Assembly: GCA_020350885.1 (NCBI GenBank)
Contig: CP070727.1
Coordinates: 2,925,270-2,944,489 of the forward strand
Length of the DNA: 19,220 nt
Reading direction: 5' to 3'
From: a bacterium
Lineage (GTDB): Bacteria; Krumholzibacteriota; Krumholzibacteriia; Krumholzibacteriales; Krumholzibacteriaceae
The translations under genes and the position numbers were made by a program. Shown piece after piece: positions 16,642 through 19,220 of this stretch. A model generated the notes under the pieces. That model saw nothing but the letters and a program-made list of their open reading frames with translations, made no database searches and was not told the origin of the DNA. The first letter of the stretch is position 1. The number at the start of each line of letters is the position of its first letter.

Positions 16642-17941
16642 CGACCCTTCGCGGCGTCAGCTTGCGATCGCCCAACAGCTTTCTTGCATACTTGATATAC
16701 TCCGCGTCGACCCTGTGTATACGGAACTCGATCAGCTTCGATAGCGAGATATCCTCGAATCCGGCGTCGCGGATCTCCTTGATGAACCGCGGCGTGACCC
16801 CGTGTATACGCATCTGGACGAGCTTCGATGCGGATACATCCTCGAATCCGAGCTTCTCGACATCCTCAACGAACTGGGGAGTGACGCCGTGGATCCTGAA
16901 CTGTACGAACTCCGAGCCGTCCCTGTCACCGAGCCCCGCATCCCGCATCGCCTCGATGTACTCGGGGGTGACGCCGTGGATCTTGAACTGTACGAGCTTG
17001 GAAATGGTAAGATCATCTATCAGGCCGAGCTCGCTGATCCTCTTGATGAATTCGAAGCTGACCCCGTGGACACGCATCTGTACGAACTCGGAATTTGTCA
17101 CGTCCTTGTATCCGAAATTTCGAACCGCTTCGGCGAACTTCGGGGTGACGCCGTGGATCTTGAACTGGAGTAGGTTATCGGGGGGCACGTCGCCGAAACC
17201 TGCTTTTTCCATCTTCTCGATGTATCCCGGTGTTATGCCGTGGATCTTCATCGTGAGGACTTCGTCGGCCGACATGTCCTTTATCCCCTTCCGCTTCAGA
17301 CCCCGCACGTACCCCTCGTCTACGCCGTGAATTCGGAATGCTAGCAGCTTATCAAGCGATATGTAATCGTAACCGAGGGAGTGGATGCTCTCGATATAAT
17401 CGGTGTCGACGCCGTGGACAGCCATTGAGACGAGCATGTCGGAGGAGACTTTATCGTAACCGAGCTCCTCCAGCCTGTCCATGAAATCCTCGTTCACATC
17501 GGCCAGAAACAGGTGCAGCATGTGCACTGAATCCAGATCTCTGATCCCCCGGCGCCCCAGGTATCGCTCGAATTGCCTGCTCGGCTCGAACATGAAATCG
17601 CCGATACTGCGCTTCTTGCCGAAATCACCGTTGAGAACCAGGACGCCCGCCACTCGCTCCAGTCTTCTTTCCTGCGTTTGTTCCCGGTCTCTTTCCCTTT
17701 CTTCGTCACGAAACAGCCCTTCTAGCTCGTCACGCCCGAAACGATGCGTGAACTGCATGTCATGACCTCTGCCCCAGTCCCTGTCGATATACTCCTCGAA
17801 CACGACGAGCGTCAACTTGATATAATCATCGTCGAGCCGGGCGATCCAGGTTCCCTCGAGGTTCTCGGCTCCGGCTGTTGCAGCATGACAGAAGAGGCAG
17901 AGCAGCACTCCCGCCATCGACGCACAAAACCTCTTTCTCAT
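16616..17941 (-). CDS. Secreted protein of ~10 tandem 29-30-aa repeats with an invariant (F/M)(K/R)IHGV(T/D)P(E/Q)(Y/F)I core; family unassigned
   Basis: The ATG at 17939-17941 (complement) has GGAGGA 6 nt upstream; the ORF-track start at 17965 lacks an RBS. A signal peptide MRKRFCASMAGVLLCLFCHAATAGA is followed by a highly charged R/E/D-rich segment (RDEERERDREQTQERRLERV). Then come the repeats: LVSMAVHGVDTDYIESIHSLGYDYIS, LLAFRIHGVDEGYVRGLKRKGIKDMS, VLTMKIHGITPGYIEKMEKAGFGDVP, LLQFKIHGVTPKFAEAVRNFGYKDVT, FVQMRVHGVSFEFIKRISELGLIDDL, LVQFKIHGVTPEYIEAMRDAGLGDRD, FVQFRIHGVTPQFVEDVEKLGFEDVS, LVQMRIHGVTPRFIKEIRDAGFEDIS, LIEFRIHRVDAEYIKYARKLLGDRK and VVKMKIHGI. Confidence 0.85.
   Translation of the reverse strand: MRKRFCASMAGVLLCLFCHAATAGAENLEGTWIARLDDDYIKLTLVVFEEYIDRDWGRGHDMQFTHRFGRDELEGLFRDEERERDREQTQERRLERVAGVLVLNGDFGKKRSIGDFMFEPSRQFERYLGRRGIRDLDSVHMLHLFLADVNEDFMDRLEELGYDKVSSDMLVSMAVHGVDTDYIESIHSLGYDYISLDKLLAFRIHGVDEGYVRGLKRKGIKDMSADEVLTMKIHGITPGYIEKMEKAGFGDVPPDNLLQFKIHGVTPKFAEAVRNFGYKDVTNSEFVQMRVHGVSFEFIKRISELGLIDDLTISKLVQFKIHGVTPEYIEAMRDAGLGDRDGSEFVQFRIHGVTPQFVEDVEKLGFEDVSASKLVQMRIHGVTPRFIKEIRDAGFEDISLSKLIEFRIHRVDAEYIKYARKLLGDRKLTPRRVVKMKIHGI
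16619..17545. repeat. ~87-90-bp intragenic tandem repeat array, about 10 copies, encoding the 29-30-aa protein repeats
   Basis: The core gtgacgccgtggatcttgaactg(t/g)a(c/g) and its variants recur at 16882, 16972, 17063, 17147, 17236, 17325 and 17414 with spacing of about 87-90 nt. Confidence 0.8.
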
Positions 17942-18051
17942 ATCGAATCCTCCATCTCTGTTCATCCCTTTGGTCGCACCGCCCGCCGGTCCGACGCCGA
18001 CGCCCCTTTTTCGATCCCGAACGGCACCGCGGTGTTCCGTTTCATAAAGTA

Positions 18052-18966
18052 CTACTTCTCTCCGGCTGAAACGTTACCGGTTTTTCTTATCGTGATATCT
18101 CCCAGGTAGCTTTTGAACAACAACTGTGGTCCTCCACCGCCGATCGTTCCATGCATCCACTCCTCGAGAAATGAGCGCTGTACCCCGGTTGTAAGTGACG
18201 TATCCGTCGCCGCCCGGCGTCTTGATAGATCGATGTCGAAATCACTCATGATCTCGCCGTAATCTGTTCGCATCTTTACAGTCGCCCGCACGTCCCCCGG
18301 GAGGGCCACGTCGATGTCCCCGCCGACCGATGTGAACGCCATGGGGACATGCGGTGTCACACCGGTGAAGCGCAGCAGTATGTCTCCGTCAACCGTACTG
18401 ATCACCGCGGAGCCCGTTATGCCGATGAGCCATACGCTGCCGGCAGCACTCGTCACATCCATCTCACCAGTCAGGTAGTAGCCGCTTACATCGCCCGCAT
18501 CGAGCTTCTCGACATACAGCGAGAAGGCGTGAGGCACCTGGATGTCCATGTCTATTGTACGTTCGTGCGAGTTGGTACTGACAGTGATGACGTTGTGTTT
18601 CTCGAAGGTGTGAAGCTTCAGGGCGTGGCCGGGCACTGGCCGCACACCCCTTCGCGTTCCGGCCGAATCCGGATACCTCATCGATGCGTTTACGACGACG
18701 ACCTCGCCGTTGTATCCCGTTACCCGCACGTTCCCCTTGTGATGCTTTATTATCAGAACACCCGGCTCTCCGGGACGGGAGAGCGATAGCACGAGCTGCT
18801 CCGTCCCGCTTTCAGGCGCAGCCGCCGTCTCCGCACCCGCCGTCTCCGCACCCGCCGCCGGCCGCTCGCCCGGAAAGCTCCAGGCCGTATCGGCCGTCAA
18901 TATGAAGAGAAACACGGCTGTGGTGGTCGCGGCGCGCACCAATATTCTTTCGATCATCATTCTCAT
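18052..18966 (-). CDS. DUF4097-like beta-strand-repeat protein (putative adhesin / LiaF-C-terminal-like fold) with N-terminal TM anchor and Ala/Glu-rich linker
   Basis: The start was chosen at the ATG at 18964-18966 (MRMMIERILV...), with GAGGTGA just upstream. The ORF-track start at 18999 would overlap the upstream gene. A TM segment AATTTAVFLFILTADTAW is followed by the linker PAAGAETAGAETAAAPESG. Then come short strand repeats: GNVRVTGYNGEVVVVNASM, GDVSGYYLTGEMDVTSAAGSVWLIGITGSAVISTVDGDILL and VGGDIDVALPGDVRATVKMRTDYGEIMSDFDI. The alternating G.(V/I).(V/I) pattern is typical of DUF4097. Confidence 0.8.
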   Translation of the reverse strand: MRMMIERILVRAATTTAVFLFILTADTAWSFPGERPAAGAETAGAETAAAPESGTEQLVLSLSRPGEPGVLIIKHHKGNVRVTGYNGEVVVVNASMRYPDSAGTRRGVRPVPGHALKLHTFEKHNVITVSTNSHERTIDMDIQVPHAFSLYVEKLDAGDVSGYYLTGEMDVTSAAGSVWLIGITGSAVISTVDGDILLRFTGVTPHVPMAFTSVGGDIDVALPGDVRATVKMRTDYGEIMSDFDIDLSRRRAATDTSLTTGVQRSFLEEWMHGTIGGGGPQLLFKSYLGDITIRKTGNVSAGEK

Positions 18967-18973
18967 TGTCACC

Positions 18974-19220
18974 TCATGAAAGTAAACGCAGTCCTTCATT
19001 CACACGGTTTCTCACCGTCATATTGAGATCCGGCTGCTCAAGGAGATGCCTCAGCGGCTCGATCGCCCGTTCCATCCTTCTCGACACCACCAGATCGACC
19101 AGGGCAAGCTGAATGACCGGTGAATCCTCCTGACGGATGCTGTGGATGAGCCCCTCGCGAACCCTTTCATCCCCGGTTGCATGGGACAGGGCATCGAGTG
19201 TTGCGAGACGGACGTTCACG
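18974..19220 (-). CDS. HEAT/PBS-lyase-like repeat protein; 5'-partial, N-terminus beyond the window end
   Basis: The frame is open to the window edge. VRLATLDALSHATGDERVREGLIHSIRQEDSPVIQLALVDLVVSRRMERAIEPL fits the HEAT repeat pattern. The stop lies at 18974-18976 (complement), 7 nt before the DUF4097-like start. Confidence 0.6.
   Translation of the reverse strand, partial: VNVRLATLDALSHATGDERVREGLIHSIRQEDSPVIQLALVDLVVSRRMERAIEPLRHLLEQPDLNMTVRNRVNEGLRLLS

Noticed and set aside
18025-18034. 10-bp palindrome caccgcggtg between the DUF4097 and repeat-protein genes
   Set aside because: Too short, and it has no loop or T-tract for a terminator. It is possibly just a restriction-site-like palindrome.
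1-19220. Searched for CRISPR arrays, IS or transposase genes, integrases and rRNA
   Set aside because: None found. The only regular repeats are the two intragenic coding tandem arrays, and there are no inverted terminal repeats or transposase-like ORFs.

Overview
High-GC (~60%) window, most likely from an uncultured T9SS-bearing organism of the FCB group (inference from the C-terminal sorting domains). Twelve protein-coding genes are supported, separated by conspicuously AT-rich (~40% GC) intergenic spacers. Minus strand: a 3'-partial secreted RCC1-like beta-propeller gene (1-672) built from near-identical 120-bp tandem repeats. Plus strand: an FG-GAP/VCBS-type beta-propeller with a T9SS C-terminal sorting domain (CTD) (1156-3063), a large subtilisin-like S8 protease with a T9SS CTD (3911-6871) followed by a clean intrinsic terminator, a beta-lactamase-family serine hydrolase (7193-8710) and a DUF819-like polytopic membrane protein (8751-9938). 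Minus strand: a ~1,010-aa LVIVD-repeat T9SS cargo gene split into two ORFs by a frameshift in a C6 homopolymer (10093-13121), a CPBP/Abi-family intramembrane protease (13602-14363), a translationally coupled YtrA-like GntR regulator plus N-terminally extended SPFH/band-7 protein operon (14773-16265) behind a near-consensus sigma70 promoter, a secreted protein made of ~10 tandem 29-30-aa repeats of unassigned family (16616-17941), a DUF4097-like protein (18052-18966) and a 5'-partial HEAT-like gene at the right edge. No rRNA, tRNA, CRISPR or mobile elements were detected. Main hunt items are the HEAT / DUF4097 / novel-repeat cluster, the GntR-SPFH pair, a 14-nt motif shared by two 5' leaders, the homopolymer frameshift in the LVIVD gene, and a decayed T9SS CTD remnant.
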